DNA from: Prorocentrum cordatum
Lineage: Eukaryota
DNA: 64,000 nt
Direction of reading: 5' to 3'
NCBI GenBank assembly: GCA_963575745.1
Contig: CAUYUJ010000248.1
Coordinates: 310,001-374,000 of the forward strand
This document shows, piece by piece, positions 38,009 to 50,598 of the stretch (positions are counted from its first letter, which is position 1; each line of letters begins with the position of its first letter). The notes under the pieces were generated by a model. The model made no database searches. It had not been told where the DNA came from and saw only the letters and a program-made list of their open reading frames with translations. Both the position numbers and the translations under genes were made by a program.

Positions 38009-40031
38009 CGCGGCGTGGGCCGCGGGGGCGGCGACTGGGCCCGCCTGCCCCCCTCGCTCGCCAGCCTTGCTATCCAGTTCCGTCTCAGGGTGGCGAGGCT
38101 CTGCGCGTGCTCAGGGAGCTCTTCCCGCTCCCAACTGTCGACGAGGCGACGCCGGGCGCCTCCCAGCTTTCTCGTTCAGTTCGCCGGCGGCTACGACGTC
38201 GGCACGCCAAGGGGCTTAGGGCCAACGAGAGTATCCAGGCCTTGAACGAGCTCTGCGGCGGGCCCTCCTCCTCGTCGCCGGCGCCGCCAAGGGCGGACAG
38301 GAGCGCGGCCCAGGCAGCGGCTCAGTGCACAGATTTGAGGCACGTTCTTCCCGCAGGAGTGCATTCTATTGATCGGCAGCGAGGAGCCGCCCGCGAGCTC
38401 CTCGGCTCCGACCTCGTCTACGACAGTGGAGAGGTTCCATGTACTGTGGCCAGGTATGATGCCACACTGATCGCGGTGCCGGAGGAGTTGGAGCAGCCCC
38501 CCGCCGCACGTGATTTTCTCGACCCCGAGGGGGCCTGTTGTTTTCGGGAGCTTCGGTCGCGCATGATTCCGTCTGAGGATGAGTTCGGCCAGCGGTGCGA
38601 GAGCGAGGCCCTGGGCGCCCCCTACATGGACCCGACGCTCGCCTCGGACCCTGGCAAGTATGCGGACTTCGTGGCCCGGCTGGGCCGTGCCAACATGTCG
38701 AGGTACCTGACTAACGCTCAGGATCTCATCACGCCGTTTTTCGTTCGGAAGAAGTCTGGGCACTTGCATATCGCGTGGGACTGTAGGGCGGTCAATGCGA
38801 GGTTCGCGAGGTGCCCGAAGACGAACATGTCGTCGGGGAGCAAGCTGGCGGACTTCGAGTTCGGGCAGGACGAGGAGGTCTACGCCGCGCAGGCGGACCT
38901 GGCGAACTACTTCTACCAACTCGCGATCGCGGAGGAGCTGTCCGAGTACTTTGCCCTCCCCGCGGTCGACGTGTCCTTACTGAGGACCACGTGCAGGCTC
39001 CCGCCCGACATCGCATCGCTGCCCGAGGGCAGCCTGGCGTCGCCTTGCCTCGCGGTGGCCCCGATGGGCTGGAGATGGGCGACGTGGGTTGCCCAGCGCG
39101 TGGTCTACCACCAGTCCATGTGCAGCAAGGCCGCCGCTGTGGACAGCATCTTGAGTGACGAGTCCGACGCGCAGCGTGCCGGGGCCTTTCGGGGCGAGCT
39201 GGTCGACCACTTCCGGCGCGTCGGTTTCGTGGTGCACGAGATCTACGGGCCCTCCGTGGACGCCGTCAAGCTGGGCTATAAGATCATGGGCCGAGAGAGG
39301 CTCGTCGCCCCCACGGACCGCAAGCTGGAGTTGCTCAGGGCCGCAGGGCTCTTGGTCCTTCGGCGGCCCCGCGTCAGCGGCAAAGCTTTGGAGCGGTTCG
39401 TGGGTCACTGTACTCACCTGCGCATGCTGCGTCGTGAAATGTTCGCTATCTTCCACCACGTCTACTCCTTCATCTCGGCTCACGCCGTCAGCCGCTGCCG
39501 TGTCTGGGGTTCGGTGTGCAGGGAGATCAGATGGTTCCTCGCGCTGCTGCCGTTTTGCCGGGCGCGGCCCGATAGACCGCGGTGCCCGAAGGTCACATCG
39601 TCCGACGCCTGCCTCTCAACATCAACATCAACACTGTCAAGCCCGTGGGCCCCTACGAGACTCCAGAGGCCTGGGACGAGAACCCCATCCTCGTCGAGAT
39701 CCTCCAGGAGCTCTTGGACCCCAAGGATCGGCAGTTCGATTTCACGGCTCGGTTCCTGGAGGCCGAAAACATCATGGTACTTGAAGGTAGGGGCTCAGTG
39801 GCGGCCCTGAGGCACCAGCTTCGTTCTCTGGCGTCTTTCGGCTGTTCGCTGCCACGCTTTGGGGACAATCCATCGCTCATTTTGGCTTCAGAGAAGGGCA
39901 GGTCTTCCGCTCCAGGATTGTTGAGGACCTGCCAGCGCCTGCTCGCGCTCACCCTCGCCGCCGATGCGCGGGCGCACCACCGATGGCACCCGTCCGAGCT
40001 GAACGCCGCAGATGGTGGCTCGCAGCTCTAG
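38005..40031 (+). pseudogene. DIRS-type reverse transcriptase / RNase H
   Basis: FFVRKKSGHLHIAWDCRAVN, QADLANYFYQL, APMGWRWA. RNase H: SDAC, NIMVLEGR, FGDN, WHPSELNAADGGS. The YxDD/YxDN motif is absent (apparent deletion near 39160); frameshift near 39620. Confidence 0.88.
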
Positions 40032-40129
40032 GAGGGCACGGGCGCGCTCCTGCGCGGTCCGGAGGCGCTTTGTTTCGTCCAAGGGCCATGTCAAGCCGTC
40101 CAGGTCGCCGCCCTTGTCGCCGGCGCTCG

Positions 40130-41130
40130 TGACCGACATCCGCGAGGTCGCACTCCCCTATTGCTTGTGCGTGGCCTCCGCGCTGGCGCTCGGGGCCGTC
40201 AGACCAGCATCGTGGCCGAGGTACCTCGGGGCCCTGCGCAGGTTGATCACGTTTTGCCTCCACCGGGGCTTGCAGGTGAACTCGCCGGAGTCGGCCGACG
40301 TCGCGGTGTCCGAGCTGGCGCAAGAGGTGTTCACCGACGGCGACGACCGTTCCGCGGGGCAGGTGCTCTACGCGGCTTGGCAGGCGACATGCCCATCGGC
40401 GGGCAGATGGGGAGCATCTCTCCCCCGCGCCTGCTGGGCACCCCGGGCCTGGTCGCGCCTGGAGCCGACGGTCACGCGGCCGCCGATGCCATGGCTTGTG
40501 GCGGTCGCGGCGCGGTGGCGCAGGTGATGGTCGACTGGGGCGAGCCGTTGGCGGCGCTGCTGGCGGTGCTCTGCTTCACGTGCTACCTGGGGCCCTCGGA
40601 GGGGCTGGACCTGCAGGTGTCGGACGCGGTGGTGCCGCTGGCCCCCACCTCGACCTTCGTCGCACTCAACCTCCACCCATAGGAGAGGGGCCTGACCTCG
40701 AAGACCATGGCGACGAACGAGAGCTTGCTGATCGACCATGCGAGGAGGCTATTCATCTGCGAAGGGCTGCTGGCGGCCATGAGGCTTGCGACCAACCGGC
40801 GGATCTCCCCCTTCGCGATGATCTGGTTCGCCGCGCTGTTCCGGGCGGCCCAGCTCCACCTCGGCACGGAGAAGTTGCACGCCCTGTGCCAGATGAGGCA
40901 CGGCGGGCCGTCCGAGGACAGGAGGGCCGATCTGAGGGCCCCGCTGGAGATCAAGCATCGAGGGCGCTGGGGCGCCGACGCCTCGATGAAACGCTACGAG
41001 GCGGCGGCGCGGCTCCAGCGCGAGGAGGCCCACCTGCCGCGAGCTGCGATGAAGGCGGCGCTGGCCGCCGCGAGGTCGCCCCCAGCCGCCCTTGCGGCAT
41101 CGTTGAGCCGCCGCCTGTCATCCAGAGGCG
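40130..41130 (+). pseudogene. Tyrosine recombinase (integrase)
   Basis: TCYLGPSE (catalytic R replaced by G), SKT, QMRHGG, RGRW...SMKRYE; frameshift near 40510 and TAG at 40680. Confidence 0.88.
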
Positions 41131-41847
41131 GAGGGGCTACTGCATCGAGGTCTTCGCGGGGTGCAGACACCTCTCGCTTGAGCTCGCGAAGAGGGGTTAT
41201 CTCGTGTATACCCTCGACATCGCACGCGCTCCGAACCAGGACATCCCTAGACCAGAGGCCTGGAAGGCCCTCCTCGAGCTTGCAACCGCGCCTGCCTGTT
41301 GACTCGTCTGACTGGGGGCCCCTTGCACTTCCTGGCCTGGAGCTCGGGGGGTGGGGTGGGGGGGGGGGGGCTGGCCCCGCCCCCCTCCGAGATTCGGGGC
41401 CCGGGCTGCTTGGTATCCCCAGCCTCTGTGACAAGGATTCTGCGAAGGTCCGCCTAGGCAATGCGCTCATGCGTGCCTCGGCCTTGCTCGCTCGTTCGTG
41501 CATCCTCGCTGGTATTCGTGCGGTCGTCGAAAATCCGATGACCTCCAGAATTTGGTCGACTCGCCCGTTTTACTCGTTAAGACGTCTTGCTGCTGAAATG
41601 TACACTGCTAGTTTTTGTCAGAATGGCACCCCGTGGCAGAAGAACGCATCCCTGATCGCCTCTAGATGTCCCGAGCTCGGGGGGGTCAAGAAGTGTGTCA
41701 TGAGCAGAGGTAGGTGTTCCGCCATTAAGAAGAAGAAGCACTTGTAGGAAACATGCGAATGGAAAATTTATCACGCTGATTGCACAGCCGTGTTCGCAAC
41801 TGTTCGTCGAGCATGTCTGCGATCTGCTGTTTAGTCGCTTCGCGTAG
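41130..41847 (+). pseudogene. C5 cytosine DNA methyltransferase domain
   Basis: Motif I-like IEVFAGCRHLS, TLD, catalytic LGAPCTSW (PC at 41321-41326), VVENP, FCQNGTPWQK, C-terminal TLIAQPC. Two TGA stops (41300, 41309) and frameshifts in poly-G (~41360) and near 41745. Confidence 0.82.
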
Positions 41848-42789
41848 GCCAGAGGCCAGCTCCAAAAGTTTGGGACGGGGGATCCTGATTGGGACCCTTC
41901 GAGTGCCTCTGATCTGTGTGATATCTCTGTCCAGCTCACAGCCCTCGCAGCGCTATCGGATATGAACGCCTTCCCTGGCGGCGTAGAAAGAGCAGAGCCA
42001 CATGGATGTGCTTGCTCGGGAATGTTGTCTGCGGTGTTGGAGCACCGCCGTCGTATCGCCATCGTCCCATTGACACGATCGCTCAAGTTTTTCCGGCTAT
42101 CCCCAAGCCTACCCTTTGTCACTCTACTGCTCAGCAAGGCTGGGGGGGATCCTGATTGGGACCCTTCGAGTGCCTCCGATGTGTGTGGTATCTTTGTCCA
42201 GCTCGCAGCCCTCGCAGTGCTATCGAATATGAACGTCTTCTCTGGCGGCGTAGAAAGAGCAGAGCCACATCATCATTCTCCTCCTCCTCGTCCTCCTCCT
42301 GTTTCTTCTTTTCCTCCTCCTCTTTCTCCTCCTCCGTCTCCTCCTCCTCCTCCTCCTCCTCCTCCTCCTCGTTCTCCTCCTCCTCCTCCTCCACCACCTT
42401 CGTCTCCTCCTCCTCCTCCTCCTCCTCCGTCTCCTCCTCCTCCGCCTCCTCCTCCTCCTCCTCCTTCGTCTCCTTTTCCGTCTCCTCCTCCGTCGTTTCC
42501 GCCGTTTCCTCCTCCTCTTCCGCATCGTCATCATTATCCTCCTTCTCATCATCAGCATCAGCAGCATCAACATAATCACCATCATCATCAACAGCAGCAT
42601 CTTCATCATCATCAGCATCATCATCCTCATCATACTCGTCGTCATCATCATCCGTGTCCTTGTCATCATCATTTGTTTTCTTTCGCCTTTTCCATTTCAG
42701 GGGGTGGTTGCTGCGGGGGCGAGCATATATATATATATATACACACACATACACGATTCCGGGAAAAAGGCCCAAGCATAATATTTTTA

Positions 42790-43340
42790 GGGCTATGGGG
42801 CTATAGGGCTCTAGGGCTATAGCGCTATACGGATATAAGGTTATAGGGTTATAAGGGCTATATGACTATAGGACGATTGGGCTATAGAGCTATGGGGCTA
42901 TCGTGATATGAGGCTATAGTGTTATAGCGCTATAGGGCTATAGGACTATAAGGCGATAAGGCCATAGGCCTACAGGGCTATAAGGGCTATAGGGTTATAG
43001 GGCTATAGGACTGTAGGACGATTGGGCTATAGGGCTATAAGGCTATAGAGCTATAGGGCTATAGGACAATAAGGCTATGAGGCTATAGGCCTATAGGGCT
43101 ATAAGGGCTATTGGGCTATGGGGCTATAGGGCTACATGGTTATAGAGCTATAGGGCGATAGAGCACCCTGGCACCCGGGCACCCGGGCACCCCCGGGCAC
43201 CTCCGGGCACCCCCGGGCACCTCCGGGCACCCCCGGGCACCCCGGGGCACCCGGGCCGGTCCGAAGTCGGCGTTCCACCTCACCTAACCATATGAATCCA
43301 TTGGGAGCTTTACAGAGGCAAGCTCTGATTGGGGATTGTA
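42790..43340 (-). repeat. Dispersed repeat copy A: (GGGCTATA)n, (CCCGGGCA)n and a conserved end
   Basis: CTCACCTAACCATATGAATCC (43279-43299) and TACAGAGGCAAGCTCTGATTGG are reverse complements of 57668-57721. Confidence 0.8.
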
Positions 43341-43765
43341 TACATCTAGATGCACGCGACATCTAAATACGTGCATACTTCTAAACACCTGCGCATGTAT
43401 CCCTCTCTCTCTACATACCTACCTACCTTCCTACCTACCTTCCTACCTACCTTCCTACCTACCGACCTACTAACCTACCCACCTACCTACCTACCTACCT
43501 ACCTACCTACCTACCTACTTACCTACCTGCCTACCTACCTACATACATACATACATGCGTACGTACATAAATACACATATATACATATACATACATGCAT
43601 GCATGCATGCATACAGACAAACATACGCGCATACATAAATGCATGCATACATACAAAGGTATAGACATACGTGTATACATACTTGCATGTTTATATGTAA
43701 ACATGCATGCGTGCATGCATGCATGCATGCGTTATTGCATACATACATACTAACATACATGCATA

Positions 43766-44764
43766 TCAGAGTAATGGGATCTGAACCGAACGGTCATTCA
43801 CTGTCCCTGGGTGCGTGGCTGAAGTGGAATTCCGCGATGCGGATTATTGTTGATGTTGTTGTTGGTGGTGTTGTTGGTGTTGTTGATGTTGTTGTTGCTG
43901 TTTGTTGTTGTTGTTGATGTTTGTTGTTTGATGTTTGCTGTTAGTTGTTTGTTGTTTGTTGTTGTCGTCGTCCCACCCGCGACCCGCCCCGCCACTCACC
44001 CGCGACCCCCCCCACGACCCACCCGCGACCCACCCCGCGACCCACCACGCGACCTCTGGCGACCCACCCCGCGACTCACCCGCGACCCACCCGCGACCCG
44101 CCCGCGACCCACCCCGCGACCCGCCCGCGACCCACCCTGAGACCCCCCCGGCGACCCACCCGCGACACACCGGCGACCCACCCGCGACCCACCCCGCGAC
44201 CCACCCCGCGACCCACCCGCGACCCACCACGCGACCCACCAGCGACCCACCCCGCGACCCACCCAAAATTTTCGGCGCCTGCGGCGGGCTTCTTTTGAAT
44301 TCGCTCCAGGTGGAGAACCTGCGACCCACCCCGCGACCCACCACGCGACCTCTGGCGACCCACCCCGCGACTCACCCGCGACCCACCCGCGACCCGCCCG
44401 CGACCCACCCGCGACCCGCCCGCGACCCACCCTGAGATCCCCCCGGCGACCCACCCGCGACACACCAGCGATCCACCGCGACCCACCCGCGACCCACCCC
44501 GCGACCCGCGACCCACCCGCGACCCACCAGCGACCCACCCCGCGACCCACCCAAAATTTTCGGCGCCTGCGGCGGGCTTCTTTTGAATTCGTTCCAGGTG
44601 GAGAACCTGCGACCCACCCGCGACCCAAACCGCGTTCAGTGTACAAATCAAAAATTTCGGCGCCTGCGGCTGGGCGGCGACGGCGACGGCGACGGCGACG
44701 GCGGCGGCGGCGACGGCGACGGCGATGGCGATGGCGGCGGCCGCGGCGGCGGCAACGGCGGCGG

Positions 44765-44804
<40 letters not shown>

Positions 44805-46227
44805 CATGAGGACGAAGAGGAGGCCGACGACGAGGGCGAGGAGGAAAAGGAGGGGGGGACGGAAGGGGACGACGAGAAAGGAGGGAGGAGGACGGGGAGG
44901 AGGACGAGGACGATGACGACGACGGAAAGGAGGAGGGGGAGGATCGGGATGGGGAAGGAAGAGGAGGAGGAGGAGGAGGAGGAAGAGGAGGAGGAGGAGG
45001 AAAAGGAGGAAGAGGAGGAGGAGGTGGAGGAAAAGGAGGCGGACGACGACGACGACAACGACGACGACGACGACGATGAGGACGCGGACGCGGACGAGGA
45101 AGAGGAAGAGGAGGAGGAGGAGGAGGAGGAGGAGGAGGAGGAGGGCGCCATCGACAAGGAAGGTGAGGGCCACGAGGTCCGCCGGCTCGACGCCCGCGTC
45201 GCCCGCGCCCGCCCCCTCACTCTTATCCGCAATTGCGGGGTGCTACGTCGACATACACATGTACACATGCATGCATGCATGCATGCATGCATGCATGCGT
45301 GCATACACACAAACATCAGAGTGATGGGGGCTGAACCGAACGGCCATTCACTGTCCCTGGGTGCGTGGCTGAAGTGGAATTCCGCGATGCAGATTCTTAT
45401 TGTTGTTGTTGTGGTTGTTGGTTGTTGGTTGTTGGTTGTTGGTTGTTTGTTGTTTGTTGTTGTCGTCGTCCCACCCGCGACCCGCCCCGCGACCCACCCG
45501 CGACCCACCCCGCGACCCACCCGCGACCCACCCGCGACTCACCCCGCGACCCACCGGCGACCCACCCCGCGATCCACCCGCGACCCACCCGCGACCCACC
45601 CGCGACCCACCGCGACCCTTGTGCAACCCACCCGCGACCCACACAAAACGTTCGGCGTCTGCAGCGGGTTTCTTTTGCATTCTTTCCAGATAGAGAACCC
45701 TCGACCCACCCGCGACCCACAAACCGCGTTCAGTGTACAAATCAAAATTGTCGGCGCCTGTGGCGGGCTGTTTTTGAATTCCTTCCAGGTGGAGGCGGAG
45801 AGAACCCGCGACCCACCCGCGACCCAAACTACGTTCACTGAACAAGCCAAAACTTCGGCGCCTGCGGCGGGTTTCTTGCATCGGCGACCCATCCGCGACC
45901 CACCCCGAGACCCACCCGCGACCAACCCCGCGACCCACCCGCACCCGCGACCCACCCGCGACCCACCGCGACCCACCCGCGACCCACCAGCGACCCACCC
46001 CGCGACCCACCCAAAATTTTCGGCGCCTGCGGCGGGTTTCTTTTGAATTCGTTCCAGGTGGAGAACCTGCGACCCACCCGCGACCCAAACCGCGTTCAGT
46101 GTACAAATCAAAATTTTCGGCGCCTGCGGCTGGGCGGCGACGGCGACGGCGACGGCGACGGCGGCGGCGGCGACGGCGACGGCGATGGCGATGGCGGCGG
46201 CCGCGGCGGCGGCCGCGGCCGCGGCGG

Positions 46228-46270
<43 letters not shown>

Positions 46271-46710
46271 CACGAGGACGAAGAGGAGGCCGACGACGAG
46301 AGCGAGGAGGAAAAGGAGGGGGGGACGGAGGGGGACGACGAGAAAGGAGGGAGGAGGATGGGGAGGAGGACAAGGACGACGACGACGGAAAGGAGGAGGG
46401 GGGAGGATCGGGATGGGGGAGGAAAAGGAGGAGGAGGAGGACGAGGAGGAGGAGGAGGAGGAGGAGGAGGAGGAGGAAGAGGAGGAAAAGGAGGAAGAGG
46501 AGGAGGAGGTGGAGGAAAAGGAGGCGGACGACGACGACGACGACGATGAGGACGAGGACGCGGACGAGGAAGAGGAGGAGGAGGAGCAGGAGGAGCAGGA
46601 GGAGCAGGAGCAGGAGGAGGGCGCCATCGACAAAGAAGGTGAGGGCAACGAGGTTCGCCGGCTCGAAGCCCGCGTCGCCCGCGCCCGCCCCGTCACTTTT
46701 ATCCGTAAGT
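43766..46710 (+). repeat. Tandem duplication (~1.5 kb x2) with CGACCCACCC minisatellite, (GAC)n and (GAG)n
   Basis: TCAGAGT...CTGAACCGAACGG...CATTCACTGTCCCTGGGTGCGTGGCTGAAGTGGAATTCCGCGATGC at ~43766 and ~45316; both units end in GAGGGCGCCATCGACAA...CGCGCCCGCCCC. Confidence 0.9.
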
Positions 46711-46777
46711 GCGGGTACTACGTACACGCATACATTAATACATGCATGCGTGCATTCATGCATGCAGACAGACAGAC

Positions 46778-46812
<35 letters not shown>

Positions 46813-47939
46813 GGCACACTGACACACAGACACACAGACACACAGACACACCCACCCACACATGATATGTGTGCGTCTGTATCCCCACATACTCACACTA
46901 ACGCTGCATACGTACATACATGCATGCATGCGCACATGCAGGATATACATGTACGTATATGTCTGCGCTGAGATACACCCATCTATGTACATCTGCAAGC
47001 ACAAATACGTACACCTGGTCATGGACACTTATACATACGCATACGCATAAACTGACACATATGGTCATACGTGTATGTATACATGTATGTATACATGCAC
47101 GTATACCTATACAAATGCGTGTACAAACGACTACTGATACATGCGCGTACATCAATATCGTAACTACCAGCACGCACACATGTATATGTGAATATATATA
47201 CACATACATACACATACGAGTGTACATGCCAATATACACATACATGTGCATATACACCGAACGTAATCATCGGAGTGAGGCGGTTCTGCCTTTGAGAGTC
47301 CGTTTGTCTCAGCGACTACTCTCTGGCTCCCTTTGGATACTTCCAAAGGCCCCCCGCAGGGCCCCGCAGGCCGCCAGAGGCTCTCCCCAGACAGGCCCCT
47401 GGAGGCCCCCTACAAAAACTACCCCGGACGCCGAAAAGCACCACGCCCGCACGGCCTTCTCCGCCGCCGCCGCCGCCCCCGAGGCCGCCGCCACGAGCTG
47501 CCGCGGCCGTTCGCCGCCGTCGCCGAAAAGCAGCTCGCCCGCAATGGTTCCGCCGCCGCCGTCCCCGAGGCCGCCACCACGAGCTGCCGCGGCAGCCCCT
47601 GCGAGCGCCTTTCTCAAGACGAGGGGCGGCCTCGGTGCGCGAGCCGCCCCTGGGCGGGGGGGGCCCATCGCGCGGCCAGCCCGCTCCCCGAACACGGAGC
47701 ATGGCCGCCAACACCGCCAACGTGACGGACCCAGCCAAGGCCCGGAGGGCCCCCGCCACCGCGTGCAGCCGCCGCCTGGGCTCTGGAGCGAGCCGGCGCG
47801 GCCAGGGCGCAGCTTTTTTGTGGCTCGCGCTCCCGCTGGGCCGCGGTCGGCGCGTCTCGAGACCTGGAGGGAGGGAAGGGGAAGGAGGGGGGGAGGGAGG
47901 AGAGAGTGGAGGGAGGGAGGGAAGTAGGGAGGGAGGGAG

Positions 47940-49480
47940 GAGGGAGGAGGAGGAGGAGGAGGAGCAGGATGTGGTGGAGGAGGAGGACGAGCAGTGTAAA
48001 CCCAAGACCCATCAACGATATTGCAATAGACCCTCCCTCCCAGCTCCCTCCTCATAGGCTCATCCATGGGTTCGTTTTCACTGAGGGAAATGCCCCGTTG
48101 GAAGACAACCGTCTGAACATCCGGAGTTGTGACAGAACACCATTTCTGGGACTTCAGCGTCGTGACTCACCGCAATTGTTCCGTCTTGACGATCCTGAAA
48201 CGTGCCAGAGCATCAGTCCTGATATTGTAACTCCACGAATCAATGTGTCTGTTGGGTCCTGAAGTTCCGACATTGTGCCAAAACATGTGTTGGGGAACAT
48301 TAGCCATGATAAGATTTGAAAGTGTTGCAAACGGTAATATCAAATGTGCGCGGCGCTAAGGCGAGAGCCACATTTTGAAAAGGAACCGCCCTTTGACCGT
48401 GAAACTGTACATATTTAAGACGAGTGTGCCCGGCGATGAGGCGAGAGCTACATTTCGAAAGCAGTCCGCCCTCCATCCGTGAAGCTGTTGCAATTGTTTA
48501 AGACGCGTGTGCGCGGCGCTAAGGCGAGAGCCACACGTTGAAAGCGGGCCGCCCTCCATCCGTGAAACTGCTGCACATTTCAAGCTTCAGGATCGTAAAC
48601 CGTGAGGAGGTCTCAGGCGTAACACTTGGCCCGCCCTTTCGACCGGCTTCGGGGTGCGACAGGGAAGAGTTTTTCACAGGGGAAACGAATGGAGAAGGAG
48701 GAGGAGGAGGAGGAGGAAGGGGAGGAGGAGGAGGAGGAGGAGGAGGAGGAGGAGAAAGACGAGGATGAGGAGGAGGAGGGACGGGGAGGGAGGAGGAGGA
48801 GGAAGAGGGAGAAAAAAGGAGGGAGGGAGAAGGAGGAAGGGAGAAGAGGGAGGGAGGGAGGGAGAAGGAGGGAGAAGGAGGGAGGAGGAGGAGGAGGAGG
48901 AGGAGGAGCAGGAGGAGAAGGAGGACGATGTGGTGGAGGAGGAGGAGGAGCAGTGTAAACCCAAGACCCATCAACGATATTGCAATAGATCCTCCCAGCT
49001 CCCTCCTCATAGGCTCCTCGATGGGTTCGTTTTCACTGAGGGAAATGCCTCACTGGAACGTTGGAACATCTAGAGTTGTGACAGAACACCATGCCTGGGA
49101 TTTGAACGCCGCGAATCACTGCTACTGTTCATTCGTGACGATCCTGAATTGTGACAGAACACCAGCTCTGGGATTGCATCACCACGAATTAATGTGACCG
49201 TTGCGCCGGGACTTTCCGACACTGTGCCAGTAGCCATGAGAATCTTTGACATTGATGCAAACTCTGAAAACTAATGTGCGTGGCGCTACAGCGAGAGCCA
49301 CATGTTGAAAAGGAACCGCTTCTTGCAAACATTAAGAAAAATGCTCACGGCGCTAAGGCGAGAGCCACATGTTGAAAAGGAACCGCCCTCCATTCGTGAC
49401 AAATGTTTAAGACGAGTGCGCGCGGCGATGGGGCGAGAGCCACAATTTAAAACCTGACTACCCTCCATCCGTGAAGCTTT
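47940..49480 (+). repeat. Two copies of a ~0.6-0.7 kb repeat with GGCGAGAGCCACA subrepeats; related sequence at ~28020-28440
   Basis: GAGCAGTGTAAACCCAAGACCCATCAACGATATTGCAATAGA at ~47989 and ~48948. Confidence 0.85.
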
Positions 49481-49564
49481 GGCATTTCCCGCATCCTGAG
49501 TGAGTTTCTGGTTTTCCTGGACCACCCTCTTCTCCTCTTTCTCCCTCGTTCTCTTTGCGATGCT

Positions 49565-49602
49565 ACTCATACGAATAGTCGCAGTAGTAGTACTAGTAGT
49601 AG

Positions 49603-49633
<31 letters not shown>

Positions 49634-49739
49634 CGTAGTAGTAGTAGTAGTAGCAGTCGTAGTAGTAGTCGAATTAGTAGTAGCAGTAGTAGTAGCAGTA
49701 GTAGTAGTAGTAGTAGTAGTAGTAATCGTAGTAGTAATC

Positions 49740-49790
<51 letters not shown>

Positions 49791-49831
49791 ATAGTAGTGG
49801 TAGTAGTAGTAGTAGTAGTAGTAGTACCAGC

Positions 49832-49862
<31 letters not shown>

Positions 49863-50258
49863 GAAGTGAGAGTAAGAGTAATAGTAGTAGTAGTAGTAGT
49901 TTTAATAGTAGTAGTAGTAGTAGTAGTAATAGTAATAGTAACAGCAGTAGAACTAGTAGTCGTAGTAGGAGTAGTCGTAGCAGTAGTAGTAGTAGCAGTA
50001 GCAATAGCAGTCGTAGCAGTAGTAGTAGTAGTAGTAGTGGTGGTCGTAGTAGTAGTGATAGTTGTAGTGGTAGTAGCAGTAGTAGTCGTAGTAGTAGTAG
50101 TAGTAGAAGAAGAAGTAGTAGTAGTAGTAGTAGTAATAGTAGTAGTAGTAGTAGTAGTAGTACTGTTACTACTGCTCTTCCTACTGCTACTACTAATACG
50201 ACCACTAATACGATTAGTACTACTACTACTACTACTACCACTACTACTACTATTACTT

Positions 50259-50292
<34 letters not shown>

Positions 50293-50403
50293 GACTGCTG
50301 CTACTGCTACTCCTACTACTACTACTACTACTACAACCACTACTGCGACTACTCCTACCACGACTATTAGTTCTGCTTCTAGTTCTACTACTACTTTTGC
50401 ACG

Positions 50404-50442
<39 letters not shown>

Positions 50443-50459
50443 GCTACTACTACTACTGT

Positions 50460-50490
<31 letters not shown>

Positions 50491-50590
50491 GCTACTACTA
50501 CTACTACTACTGCGGGTACTTCTACTTCTACTTCTACTCTTACTCTTATTCTTACTCTTACTCTTACTACTATTACTCTTACTCTTACTA
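49565..50590. repeat. (TAG)n switching to its complement (CTA)n at ~50161
   Basis: Directly visible strand switch. Confidence 0.9.
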
Positions 50591-50598
50591 CTTCTTTT

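Larger units (their letters stand above)
36378..42270 (+). mobile_element. Tyrosine-recombinase retrotransposon (DIRS order, split direct repeats as in Ngaro/PAT) carrying a cytosine methyltransferase; decayed
   Basis: A1 36378-36425 and A2 42054-42100; B1 41877-42003 and B2 42144-42270 (A1...B1-A2-B2); gag-RT-RNase H-YR-DNMT order. Confidence 0.9.

Noticed and set aside
46640..46695. tRNA or tRNA-derived SINE (GGCTCGAAGCC, B-box-like)
   Set aside because: No cloverleaf or A-box could be built; it is part of the 1.5-kb duplication.
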